Origin: the human T2T-CHM13v2.0 reference genome, Homo sapiens
DNA: 64,000 nucleotides
Assembly: GCF_009914755.1 (NCBI RefSeq)
Contig: NC_060938.1
Reading direction: 5' to 3' (one strand)
The notes below the pieces were generated by a model. It searched no databases, had not been told where the DNA came from, and saw only the letters and a program-made list of their open reading frames with translations. The position numbers were made by a program, and so were the translations under genes. The first letter of the stretch is position 1. Every line of letters begins with the position of its first letter. This document shows, one piece after another, positions 26,180-39,848 of the stretch.

Positions 26180-26684
26180 TGCTGTGGGTTGAATTGAGTC
26201 CCCCAAAAGGATATGTCAAAGAAGTCCTAATCCCTTGTTCCTGTGAGTGTGACCTTATTTGGAAGGAGGTTCTTTGCAGATGTGATTAAAATGGAAGCTA
26301 AGATGGGGCCATTCATAAGATGGGGAGTATTGTGGGTCCTCAATCCAATATGACTGGTGTTCTCAAAAGAAAAGAAGGTAAACACAGAGACAGGCACAGA
26401 GAAGAGAGTGCCATGAGAAGATATGGACACACACAGGGAAAAATGCCACGTGAAGGCAGAGACAGAGGCTGGAGTGATGCATCTACAAGCCAAGATATGC
26501 CAAGGATCACTGGCGACATCAGAAGCTAAGAGAAAGTAATGGAACCAATTCTGGAGCTTTCAGAGAGAGCATTGCTCTGCTCATGTCTTGATTTGAGACT
26601 TCTGGTCTCCAGAACTGTGAAAAATAAATTTCTGTTGTTTTAAACCACCCAGTTTGTTATGGCAAACCCTAGGAATATAATATA
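26180..26684 (+). mobile_element. MaLR solo LTR, MLT1C-like
   Basis: tgctgtgggttgaattgagtcccc start; gtgtgaccttatttgga; ccagaactgtgaaaaataaatttctgttgttttaaaccacccagtttg near end. Confidence 0.9.
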
Positions 26685-26994
26685 GTTCCCTTCTGCCCTG
26701 GTATAGTTCCTTACATCTTTCTCACCCAAAGACGTGACTAGGATCATTTAACCTAATTCCCCTCTGTTGAGTATTTGAGAACATAATGAGAACCTTCCTA
26801 GGACTGGAGAAGATAAAGAAAATGCTACTTCAATTTTATATTTTTCTTGTTATCTCACCCTGCTAAGCTTACATTTTCAGGAGGCAAGTAGGTATTGACA
26901 GTTCCCAAGGTCAAACTTCCTGGCCTCCTGACTTTGTTCACTCTGGCATATTCTTCATGTAGAATGTCTCTTAGAACACAGGCTTTTCAATTAT

Positions 26995-28090
26995 TTTCAG
27001 TAAATGTTTACTGAGTACCTCCCATGTGCAAGGCAATGGGAAAAGATAGTCTAGATAGTCTTAGTCTTCAATGAGCCAACAATCCAGAGCGACATATAGA
27101 GTTATGTAAATATATTTACCAAGTGTTAGAGGAGATCAGTGAAGGTGTGAATAGTTTTTATAAGGCAAAAGGAGTGGTGGTGTCATAAAAATCTTTACCT
27201 CTAAGGGTTATTTTGAACTGTGTCTTCAAGGATAGGGAAGATTATATCAGGCCAATTAGGCAAGGACATCATAGGACAAGGGAATATTATGATAAATTAC
27301 ATGGTAGGTTTGAAAAGAGGGGTTGGCATGCATGATTAAATTATAGGTGGGGTGAAAAAATGGTAGTAAGTGAGAAAAAGGTGAATTAAGATCAAATTGT
27401 GAAAAATTTGTGAGTGCCTACAATGGGCCAGGTCCTCAGCTAATTATTTTTAATACATTGTCTTGTCAGGTCTGAGAGGTAAATAGTTGCATTACATAGT
27501 GGATAAACCTGAAAATAAAATGACATGAGTAATTTGTTCAAGAAATTCAGATGGCAGGTAGTCAAGGCCAGAGTTCAAGCTTGGCATAAGTCCCAAGCCC
27601 CTGTTCTTCTCTGTACACCTTGCTGCAAAAGTAAATGGGGAATGCTTCAGGGCTCTTGAGAAAGGTAGTGGCAATGGGTTGGCCCAGGTGGAGGATTCAC
27701 TGGACTTTAGAGGTTATATGCAGAGGGCTGTGGCAAAACAGGAAGAAGGTGATTTGGGATTTAAAAAGAGGAATCCTGTTGGAAAGGAGGGGCCATATGT
27801 ACTTAGGTTTGATGATCAATTAATTGATTGATGGTTGAAGGGAATAAGAAAATAGTGCAATGACTGTAAGGTTCTTTGTTTGAGTAATGATTTGAGGATG
27901 GTGCCATTACCCCAAGGTGAATTAGAGACAGGAACAACACGTTCTTGGGAAAAGATAATGAGTTCGTTTTTAGCTTCTTTAAGTTTTAAGCGCCTGGTAG
28001 AAGATGTCCAGCAGAACATTCTAAATTTTGGCCTGGAGTTCGGGAGGGAAGTTGGGGCCAGAGATCCATTTGTGATTTATCAACATGGTA
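26995..28090 (-). mobile_element. L2 fragment interrupted by a MIR (~27410-27620)
   Basis: cagtaaatgtttactgagtacctcccatgtgcaaggca 3' end; ggatggtgccattacc, ggaaaagataatgagttcgtttt internal. Confidence 0.7.
27410..27620 (-). mobile_element. MIR SINE
   Basis: gagtgcctacaatgggccagg...gagtaatttgttcaag...ggccagagttcaagct. Confidence 0.55.
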
Positions 28091-28129
28091 GGACAGCCAG
28101 TGACTTTTACTGAAATACAAGTCTCATTT

Positions 28130-28850
28130 CTGACATTCCATTGCCCAAGTTCCTGCAATGATTACATGAAGCTATTAGGGAATAAAAAAAGACCCACGTT
28201 CTTAACATGACTTTGAGGTATTGTTTGATCTGGGCCTGCCTGTGTCTCCAGCCTCATTTTGAGGTATATTCTCCTTCTGTATTTCAGTTCTCAAATGTAT
28301 ATGTGAAGGTCCTTTCTGACCCAGTTGCCCGATACCAGAATGCCTTCCCAACATACATACACATCTGTACACAAATGCATGTGTTCACACCAACACACAT
28401 GTGCAAATCTGCACACATACATGCACATCTGCACAAGCAATAGACACATGTTCATATGTGTACACATGTGCACACACATGAATAGATTCATGTGTACACA
28501 TATGCACATAAATACCCATGCCTGCACATGCACAGATGTGCACATTTCATCCAGTAATTCCAACTAATTCCTCAGATTCTCATCTGAAACGTTTTTGTTA
28601 TCAGGGAAGTCTTCTGTGACCTCACAGTCAAACAAGTTTCCCTGTTCCTTCTATGCCATAGCACTTATTAAATTGTGTTGAGTATTTAGTTTTCTGTCTT
28701 ATTAGAATGGAAGTTCCATGTCAATAGGACATGTGGAAACATCCACATATTTCCCTTCCTCTGGCACTCTACATGGCAAAAGTGGGCAGTAGTCTTTGTA
28801 TACTACAGGCACACATGAATGAATTCATAGACGAATGGATGAATGAGTTA
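28130..28850 (+). mobile_element. L2 fragment including 3' end, containing an expanded CA/TG-rich tract
   Basis: gatctgggcctgcctgtgtctccagcctca; tcagggaagtcttctgtgacc; attagaatggaagttccatg; tgaatgaa tail. Confidence 0.65.
28351..28545. repeat. Degenerate CA/TG/TA purine-pyrimidine low-complexity tract
   Basis: acatacatacac...atgtgtacacatgtgcacacacatg...gatgtgcacat. Confidence 0.85.
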
Positions 28851-31779
28851 ATGAGGCTATGAGTATAGATGAGATATAGTAAACAGGTAGGGGGAACACA
28901 GGGCACAGGAATATCCTCCCCACTCCACAGTGGACTTCCAGCCCACTCGTTCTCTTCTATGATAAAGACTATGACTCTGGTAAACTTTGAAGTCTTTCTT
29001 TCTAACTTCTTGACCTCTAAAAGGAAGTTGGAGTTTTCATTAATGCCGTGGGTCAGGCTCTGTGGAAAATACAAGAGGAAAACCAGACAGTCCTTTCTAT
29101 TAGTGTCTGAATTATCTCATTAATTGATACCAATGTTGAGGTAATCAACTTCTCATTAAGACTTCTCATTAGATGGCTATTTCTCTCTTTTACCTTCTGG
29201 CAGGGAGTTTAGAGCATTTAATCATCACTTTCCTATTTATCACTTAAAGGAAATTCACCTTTCCCCCAGTTATCACATCCTAATTTTTCTGGGGTTTGTA
29301 AAATTTTAATCTTATGATAGGGCTTTTTTTTTTTTCCTTTGGGTAAGCCTTTAGCAATTGCTATATCCAACATTTCAAAGAAGCTGTGTTTTAGTGGACT
29401 GAGGAATTTACTCATCAAGATTTTATTTTGCCAACACTCATTCATTGTATGGAATAATAATTCGGCAGTTTTCATGATATTTCATGTCTGGGCCCAGTTG
29501 CTCCTTTGGCCAGAATACACTGAGACTGAAATAGCAGTTTATTTCTTGCTTAAGTAATATGGTTTTCTTGTGACCAAAAGCATAGGAACATTTTATTTCA
29601 CCCCAGACAGACACTTCTCAGGTTTGTGATTTTAATTATAACAAAAACTGGATGAAAAGAATGACTTGATCATGGCATAGATATGCCACCATCAGAAAAA
29701 ATAATCCACAGACAGATCAATAGTATCGTTTTCATTTATGAATACTATTTTAATGTCTTATGCACAGGTATTATCTCTACAAACCATCTCAAGCCAAAAA
29801 AAGAACTTCTTCAGTCACACGTGAATTGTCTACCTTTCCATAAAAATGTTCTGTCAAGAGCTTTCTGCATAAAAGAGTAAAAATTTTCAAATAACTTGTA
29901 ATTTTTTATTTTACACAAAATATCTGGGCTAAAGAAAGTACATTAAAGCAACTTGCATCTCAAAACAATACATTTCTCTGGTTGAAGTTTTAGTGAAAAT
30001 CGATTTATTCCTCCTCTGAGTTTTACCCAATGGGTAAAGTTGTCTAAATATGGGATTCCTTAGAATCCATCCTCCTTCCCAAGCATTTCCCCATGTTTCC
30101 TTCCACCCCCAAATTCTTACCCCATTTCAGGCAGAGCTGAGCAAACATAAGCCTTCTCTGAAGTATTGAGGGAAAGTCTGCTAAATGGCTAAACTACTTA
30201 AGGAGCTAACAGAAAAGGTTGTATCAGAGAAACAGTGGAGAAACACAGGTTTCTAATTATATCTGGCACTGGAGAGAATGTCAAAGGTATTGGGCCTGGG
30301 GCAGGTTCACAAGAGTGAAAGTAAGAGATTTAAAATAGGTTCTCAACTCCTGATAAAAACACGAATATTTATTTATTTAGTCTAGCTTTTCTTTCTTCTC
30401 TTATCGTTATGATTATTATTACTACTACTACTTTTCTGACTTTTCTTTTCCTAACCTACTAGTGTTTAAACCTCCCGAAGACAGAGGTCAGTTCTGCTTT
30501 GATCACCACTATATACTCAACAATTAACATATATTGGGTGCCGAGTAACTGCAGAGAGACTGTTCTCTATAGTTTTAAACGTTTTGAATTAATCTCTCCC
30601 TATTCTGTCTTCTAGCCTCTTTTCTTCCCCTTCAGTATGGTAGCATAGACTGTCTTTTCCATGTTCTTGAGGTCAGTACATTTCAGGATTATAATCTCTC
30701 AGATAGTATAATATCAGCTCATAATCTTCCAACAAAATGGCCTTGGATGACGGTAGGTAGCAGGATGAAGAGAGTCTGCTTGGACTGAAACCCAATTCAA
30801 GAGTTGGAACCCATGTTGGCAGTATAGATGTTTTATCTTGATAATATTTCTTTCTTTCAATGAAATGAAAAAGAATAAGCCAGAAGAACTGCTTTACCCA
30901 AGCCCAGATTCTTCAAATGTGCTTTCTCTTGATTCCTGTAGGAAGACACTGAACAGAATTCTGCATTTCTAAGAATAAAAAAGAAAAAAAAGTTAAGTGC
31001 ATTAAAAAAAGAGCAAAACAAAGAAAAAATTACCAAACTAATAAAATAGTACAGTTGGACTACACCAAAGGGAATTTTCATTTGATTCTACATAATTACT
31101 TCACCTTACTCTCCTCTGGACACATCATATAATTTAAATGAACAAATTTTAAAAAGTATCTTTCTAAAATAGCCATTAATTTGGGGACTATTATATAAAT
31201 TTTACCATAATTGATTGTGTTTAGTACTTCCCTATACAGAACATTCTTTTAATAAGATGACTGAAAGGCTTATAAAATTCACCAAATAGAATCTCTTTAT
31301 GCATGATAACTGGTGGTTTCAAGCAAAAGTATATAGGAGTGAATATTTAAAATGAAAACAACCAGTTAATGAAGTATATTTTGCTATTTATTTCCAAATA
31401 AAAACAAGCCTTGGTGTCTAAGACTTAGTTAACTAATTTGTGATTTTTTAAAAAAAGTATAGATGAAAAGGTAGCTAGGTAGAAATAGAAATAGCTTAGA
31501 AGGCTAGATACACAGATGGCTTCCTTATGCAGATTTAGGAAGCAAAGTAAATTTATACTAACTAAAGAATATGAAAGGTAAATGACAAGCTCTATGTATC
31601 ATGACTGACTATGCTAATTATAGCTTATAATATTCTGCTGGACCTAAGAGCCCTCCTCAGCTAAAAAACACCATAAAGTTCATTTAATACAACCTTCATA
31701 TTTTACTGATGAGGGTACTCAGGACTTGAGAGAGTAGAGAGCAGACACACCTACTTCCTAAAGCCAGTAGTGTGGTCTT

Positions 31780-32320
31780 CTTTGAGGACATTGAAGTTGA
31801 GACATGAAGGCTGAGAAGTGGCTGATCATGTGATGAGTATGTGAACTTTGAGGGGGATTAATGCTTGGCAGAGGGTGAAAGTGGCATCAACAAAATTGGT
31901 AAGGCAACTGGCCAGACTGCCAGCATCGAAGGCCATAGTAAGCAATTAAGATATAATTCCAAAAGCTATGGAAACATTGGTGGGTTTTAACTGAGGGAAT
32001 GATGTAATCTGATTTATATTTTGAAAGGGTACTCTGGTTGCTTTATGAAACACGGATTGTAAGGGAGGGAGCTAGAGAGGAAAAGGGAAGATTACTTAGA
32101 AGGCTTTTAATAGGGAGGTTAGGAGAAAGTGGAAATATTGGATGTATTTTTTGGGTAGTGCTAACAACATTTGCCAGTGGTTCTTGGATAGGGAGGTAGA
32201 GAGAGAATTAATAGAAAGGGAGGAATTGAGGGCATCTACTTTCTTTTTGACTTGAAAGGCTGAGTAGATGATGGTAGTGTTTGCCGAGATGGAGAAGACT
32301 GGGGTAGAAACAGAAATATG
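31780..32320 (-). mobile_element. L2 fragment
   Basis: aggccatagtaag; gggaatgatgtaatctgatttatattttgaaagggtactctggttgct; gagatggagaagactgggg. Confidence 0.75.
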
Positions 32321-34929
32321 TTTTAGGTTAGTATTTATATTTTATTTGACTTGTATTGCCTAATCCAAGTAAAAAAAGATTAATCCTCACCTAGAGCCAA
32401 ATATATATTTTATTTTAGTCAGGACCAATATAAATGTGCCAAAGGAAATGATTAAATATGGTTAGTATCTATTCCCTATATAGTAAACAAAATAATAATT
32501 TAATTTTCACAGTGGTCAGAGGCCATCTTAGGAACTATATGTGAAGGTAGAATTTGTGAACAGGGAAGGAGTAGTAGCTACGTGTCACTGTGTTTTATAT
32601 GATAAGTGTGTATATGTATATTAATGTGTATGGGGACAGAATGTCCCTATGAACTTAGGAAAGTGAATTCCCTTGGGTTAGAAGACAATGTAAGGTAGCC
32701 CTGTATTTTCAAGGGTGATTTTTAGAAAATCCTAATCATTTTTCCTGAAGTACTTTGTGTGAATACTCATGAAATTATAGACAGACCAATTCTCTTTTGC
32801 TTAGAATGAAAATCATCTGTTATGCCTTCATCATCAGTGAATGTTTTGGGAACTTCAAGACTATATCCATCATCCAGAGTTTTGGCACACACACAAAAAC
32901 ATCGTTTGTGCTAGCCTTGGACTTTGCTACCTGACAAATATAGTAAAGCACTCAATGGAGAACCATACATTAGCTGGATATGTAGGACATCAAACTTAAA
33001 TGTTATGTAATAGCTATGAAGGGCACAGTTTCTCTTATAGTTTTAAACATTAAGGAGTACTGTCTGAAACTTGAAACTTAAAATTAAAACTAGTAAATGG
33101 CACTCTTAAACTGTCCACATCCATGGTAATCACAGTTCAATACAGCATACTTTTTTGAATGCCACCAAATGGAATAAAATTTTTCCTAAAATGAATGAAC
33201 TCTCTGCTTCTAGTTTAATATAGCATAACAATACATACATACTCAAAAATAACTTGAAGGGAGAAAGAAATTTTTCCTTTCTAGAAGAAGGGGAGGCAAT
33301 TTGTGATGCACAGTAGAGGGAGGAGAAATGAGAGAATTAAATTTTTTACGCTGCTGTCAGAAAACTGGGAGAAAGCTTAAAGAGAACTAATGGGGAGATA
33401 TCATTAGAGAAAACAAAAACTCAAACTAAATCTCTAAATGGTTGAGTTGGACAGCATTGGAGCACTCATTTCCCTTGTAATCACTCTAAAAAATAGGCTA
33501 CTGTCTACGATAGATAATATGACAATTTCTGTTCAGGTAGAGCGTACTATTTCAATGTCCAAAGACGTTATTCTTTTAAGTAATAGATGTTCAGTGAATG
33601 TTACATTGGTTTTTAATGGACTTTCCCCAGTTGGTTGCTTATTTCCTGATATTTTTATGTTGTGTATTCAGAAGAGTGTGGACTGGCTTCAGCTAATCCT
33701 CATAAATTGTCTATCCATTAGCAGATTTAAACTGGACTTGGGGCTGCCATGTTTGTGGATTCAGAAGTAGCCTTATCAATCAATTAGCCTTATCTTCTTG
33801 TAAGTTTGATGATTCATTAATCAAACTTAGAAGAACTAGATAATTCTATTTCTAATGTTTTTATTTGTTGTATTCTGTAGACAAATATTTCAGAATAATT
33901 TTCTCCAAAAGCCTGAGTAAACAAAGGAAAAATTTTCAGCAAAGGCAGAAAAGTTTAAAAACTTGGCAAGGAATAACTCAGTATGACAATATTGGTGAAC
34001 CTTCCTTTTATTGTCATACATGAAGGAAATGAATATTTAAACAGATTTTTTCCAGGCTTGTGGGGATTTGGCAACCCCAGGCTCTGTCTGTGATAAGATC
34101 TTACTGGCCTGAGAGTCCTGCCTAGATTCATTAAGAATTTCTTTCTGTCTCTCTCTTTCATACATTATATATTTTTCAGGTGACCATTTTAGCAATTGTA
34201 CAAGGTATTTTTAATATTAAATTATGTAGCCTCAGCTGCTTATAAGGAGAGTTTAAGGAGAATATTAGACATATTTATAAGTATCGTTTGTCATGCAAGG
34301 GCTAATTAACCTTGAAAATAAGCATTGGCCTACCTTCCCAGTACCTACAATAAAGCACACTAGGCCAAATCTCTATGAGGCTGTAGTTTTCTATTTAAAA
34401 AATAATAATAATAAGGTATAAAAAGTTACTAACAACCATGCACTTGTTCCCCTCAACTTAAAAGTTAAAAAAATTAGAAAAGAAAGGCAACATGGCTAAT
34501 AAGATATGTAAATTAAAAATTTCCTACTCTTCTTTCATTTGTCACTATGTTTTGTTTGTAGGTAGATTCAAAGAATACCATACTTGTCATAGACAATTAT
34601 TTGTATTATGTTATATTATTTTAATTTACTCAGATCTGTTGCAATGGGAAAAAAATTCAGGAAAAACAATAACTATCAATAATAAATATAAAAGCATGCA
34701 TTTTCGTAACAGAAAAACTGAAGAGAGTTAAGACACATTGTACGTTCCAAGAGGGTTGGAAGAACACACATAAGAAACTACAAAGAGCATCTGCGAGACG
34801 GCTTGTGTGAACTGATGGTGTGGGCCAACCTTCAAATTGCACTGTCCTCTACAGGTCCTTTCTAGATCCATTCCTTTATCATCTCAAATGATGTGCAGTA
34901 ATAATGCTGCTTGCAGAATGAACTGAATT

Positions 34930-35070
34930 ATCATCTACCAACTAGGATGTGAGTTCCATGAGGACACCACTGTCACTTTTGTCTTTTTATTCATTGCTTT
35001 GTTCCAAAAGCTTAGAATGGTGCATACCATGTAGTAGAAACTTAATAAATACTTGCTAAATAGATGGATG
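34930..35070 (+). mobile_element. L2 3' end
   Basis: actaggatgtgagttccatgagg...cttagaatggtgcataccatgtagtag...aataaatacttgctaaatagatggatg. Confidence 0.75.
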
Positions 35071-35159
35071 CATTTGGCATTTGCTGTTTTGATGACAAGT
35101 AATATGGTCTATAGTTTAGTTAATATGATGCATTAAGGTCAACTGCCTGGTTTGGATCA

Positions 35160-35587
<428 letters not shown>

Positions 35588-35954
35588 AGAAATTATTTTT
35601 TAAAAAGTTTTTTGGGAAATTGAGAATGGAGAAGGGAAAAAGGAGTAAGGACATGAAAGGCTGAGGACCATTGACTCTGGAATAGTGCAGGAAGACAAGG
35701 TATGGGCAAGAAAGAGCTGATGTGAGTGCTGGCAATTTGCCTCTGGAAGGCCAAATAGCATTTGACTACTACTCAATCTTTTTGGAAAATCTTGAATTAA
35801 AATCTCAAATACTCACTGTCCACTGTGAAATTTCAATTTCATCAGTATTCTTTTACCTGTGCTGCTTTTATCTATCTGCTGATGGCTGCTAGTGCTAGCT
35901 GCACAAAGCCCTGAGTTCTAGACCTTCTCTCCCTGCTTAAAGTTTATTAACAAG

Positions 35955-36249
<295 letters not shown>

Positions 36250-36410
36250 GTTTATTAGCAAGTATAAATGTATCAGAACTTAACAGGTCAATTTCTTGTA
36301 TTATTGTGAGACTAAAAAAAATTGGGAAAAAAGGAAAGCTTTGAAGAGAAAAAAATGGGTAGCCATCAGAATCATTTTGTGAAAGGAACAAATACTAATA
36401 AGTTAATCTA

Positions 36411-36641
36411 TTGTTCTCAACAACCTGTTATCCATAATAGGAAAGGAATCCAGTATGTGCATGACTAAGTTAACTACTCAAAACTTTCAAAACCAGAAGC
36501 CAAAAGAAGTTATAGTTTATTTTAAGCAATATCCACAAAACCTAATATAGTCCACTTCTGAGTAATCATTTAATTATGGTATTCTATCATTTTATTTTTA
36601 AAAAATATGCTGAGTACATAAACATGACTAAAATATCAACA
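36411..36641 (+). repeat. Inverted repeat arm A (231 bp, probable donor)
   Basis: Reverse complement aligns to 38958-39191 with 8 substitutions and one 3-nt indel (manual alignment). Confidence 0.97.
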
Positions 36642-37509
36642 CATTCTTTCTTCCTACACATAACTATTAATCTTAAATGTTCCAAGAGAAGATGTTTAAA
36701 AAGTAACCCTTTGCAGAACTAGCCCTTCTCTCTGGAGCTGTAGGCCTCTCTTCTTCCCAGCCCCCTCCTTTTCTTTTCTTTTATCTTACTCGTCACCTTG
36801 CAGTCATGAGTATTGTAGCATGTAGGAGTGGACTGCTGAGAGAAGGGAAGAAGGATGCATTTTGCATTCACTTGTACATCAGCCTTGAAGCCTGGCTGGT
36901 GGCAATATTGTGGACAATAGATCTTTCAAACAAATAGACCCTTGTCTGTTCCTTCCTTCTGTAATTGTTGGCAGAGTTCTTTGTTATGTGTCTGGTTTCT
37001 TGAAACTTTGAATGAATAAACTAGGACACGGGATTAATGTAAAGAACTGGCATCTTTGCTGACTTATTCAACAGACTGTGTGTACATAGAAAAGAGAAAT
37101 AAGCACTTTCAGAAGTGTTGTCTGCACATGCCTGGGATTTTACAAAATTTAAACAATGTGAAATGCAGTACCTTGAAAAAAGCCAGGCTAGTCTCTGGAC
37201 TCTGTAGTTTACTTTCTAAATAAAAAATATCCTATTGACCATAAGCAAATGAACAATTCACCTGTTAGCATATGGACCAAATATAGGCCAAGATATGTAG
37301 TGGTAGAGTTACAAGTAAATTTTTTGATGTGAAGTGTCATAGAATTTACAGCCAAATGAAGTGAGTACCTCTTTGTAGCAGGGTAATGATGAAAAAGATT
37401 AGGCAAAGTTTAAAGTTGAGACGCAGTTTTCCTACCTGGAGAGAATGGACATTGTTACCTAAAATTCACATTGTACAATGGAGTGATACATGAGTTGTTC
37501 ACAGTAGAC

Positions 37510-37724
37510 CGACCTTTCTCAGCCTCAGCTCTGTTGACATTTTCAAATAACAACTTGCTGTTAGGGACTGTTCTGCACATTGTAGGATGTTTAGCACCAT
37601 TCCTATCTTATGCCTGCTAGATACCAGCAGCACTCCCCTTCCAATTGTGCAAATAAAAAATGTCTCCAGACATTGCCAAATGTCCTCTGGAAGTCAAAAA
37701 AGCATTCCTGGTTGAGAATCATTG
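37510..37724 (-). mobile_element. MER20 (hAT-Charlie)
   Basis: cattgtaggatgtttagca; aaaaatgtctccagacattgccaaatgtcc; ggttgagaatcattg. Confidence 0.9.
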
Positions 37725-38271
37725 TACTAGACCAAGGAATGGATCATATTGACCAGAAGGAAGTTGTATATTATTAAAAAAAATTATCCAACTCCAGAAG
37801 AAGTATACTGGGGCAGTCTAACTTGGGGACCTTTTGAATGTCTCCACCATGGGAACAAAGGCTAAGTAAAGCAGTGGCCCATTGCTCAGTCCAACAGCAC
37901 TCCTCCATCAATTACCCCCTCTTGACTTTTTGTGTCTTTAGTCTCTTAATCGGCCTCGACTTCTTTTCCTTGACCTTTAAATTGTCTCCTTTATCCTAAA
38001 GCAAATCAAAATTACTCCTGATAATGCAAAGGTATAAAATTACTATGATGTCTTCACATCACTACTAACTTTTTTGAAAAGTAGTCTTCATTCTCTACCT
38101 CTACTTCCTCACTGTCTACTTTCTGGAATACATCCCAGTTTGGTTTTTTCCCCCTATGTCACTACTTAAAGTGGCTGCCCAAATGCTACAATCCAACTTC
38201 TCAATGATCACATTAACTGAACTTTTTGTGTACTTATCTTTGACTTCCATGCAACTTTTGATACTCTTAAT

Positions 38272-38467
38272 CAATGGTTCTGAAACTTTTTTTGTGCATC
38301 AGGATCACTGGTGAGTTATTAATAGTTAAAATACAGATTTCTGAATTCAACACCCAGAGTTCCTAATTCCGTCGGGCTAGGATGTAGACTGAGGATTTGC
38401 ATTTCTAACGAGTTCCCAGATACTGTCCACGCTGCTAGTCTGGGGGATCACAAATCAAGAGCCATGC
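38272..38467 (-). mobile_element. MER5A (hAT-Charlie)
   Basis: caatggttctgaaact; gtgcatcaggatcactgg; atttgcatttctaacgagttcccaga; gctgctagtctgggggatcaca. Confidence 0.85.
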
Positions 38468-38588
38468 CTTGATTATTCTCTTCTTGAGTGCTTCAGTTGA
38501 CTTTTACAATACCATAGTTTCCTGATCTTGACGCTTAATGACATTTGTAGTCACATTTTCTGGTTTCTTCTACCCTTTTTCTCTAAAA

Positions 38589-38823
38589 CAGGGCAATGTT
38601 GCCCCTCAGAGAACATTGGTCAATGTCTGGAGATGTGTTTAGTTATCACAAATAACTAGGAGGAGGGGAAGAAGGAAGAGAAGAGGGTCCACTGCTACTG
38701 ATGTCTAGTGGGTAGAGGCCAGGGGTGCTGCTAAACATCCTACAGGGCACAGGACAGTATTATTCACAGGACAAAGTATTATTCGTCTCAATATGTGAAT
38801 ACTGCCAAGATAGAGAAACACTG
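38589..38823 (+). mobile_element. MER20 (hAT-Charlie)
   Basis: caatgtctggaga; tctagtgggtagaggccaggggtgctgctaaacatcctaca; gagaaacactg. Confidence 0.9.
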
Positions 38824-38860
38824 CTCTGGATGCAGGCATTCTCTCCAAGTAGATATATAT

Positions 38861-39324
38861 TCTTTTTTTTTGTTATGAGACAGGGTCTCACTCTGTCACC
38901 TAGGCTAGAGTGCAGTAGCACAATCATAGCTCACTGCAGCCTCCAGGAATCGAGACCTGTTGATATTTTAGTCATGTTTATGTACTCAGCATATTTTTTT
39001 AAAATAATATGATAAAATACCATAATTAAATGATTACTCAAAAGTGGTCTACTATATTAGGTTTTGTGTATATTACTTAAAATAAACTATCACTTCTTTA
39101 GGCTTCTGGTTTTGAAAGTTTTGAGTAGTTAACTTAGTCATGCACATACTGGATTCCTTTCCTATTATGGATAACAGGTTGTTGAGAACAACCTGGTCAA
39201 TATTTTGGAGAGATGAGGACTTGCTATGTTGCTCAGGCTGGAATCAAACTCCTGGGCTCAAGCGATGCTCCCACCTCAGTCTCCCAAAGTGCTGAGATTA
39301 CAGGTGTGAGCCATGGCACCCAGC
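38861..39324 (-). mobile_element. AluJ split by a non-Alu inverted insertion (Alu parts 38861-38944 and 39192-39324)
   Basis: Tail and right arm to gcagcctcc, then foreign sequence, then cctggtcaatattttggagagatg...ctcctgggctcaagcgat...cacccagc; ~70 nt of Alu missing. Confidence 0.9.
38958..39191 (-). repeat. Inverted repeat arm B (234 bp, derived copy inside AluJ)
   Basis: Reverse complement of 36411-36641; 39101-39191 (91 nt) and 38958-38999 (42 nt) are identical to arm A. Confidence 0.97.
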
Positions 39325-39541
39325 AAAGAATGGCCTTTTTATCTTCTCTTCAGTCTATACCTCTCTCTTGTCGACCTCAGACATGCCCAGCACTTCAACT
39401 CTCACACGTCTCTGGAAATGACTCCCAGAGGTATTATCTTTAAATACGACATTACTCTTGGGTCTGGCCTGAATTTGCAACTGCCTGATAAATATAAGCT
39501 TAATGAGCCACCGGCATCTTAAGTTTAAGATGCGCAAACTA

Positions 39542-39848
<307 letters not shown>

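Noticed and set aside
26995-28850. Oppositely oriented L2 pair as a twin-priming inversion or miRNA source
   Set aside because: Each has its own 3' end, so they are two insertions; too diverged and too far apart for a hairpin
29885-30310. Segment resembling a 3'UTR retrocopy on the minus strand (AATAAA near 29905)
   Set aside because: No poly(A) tract, no convincing TSD and no parent gene recognised. A BLAST hit to an mRNA 3' end would revive it.
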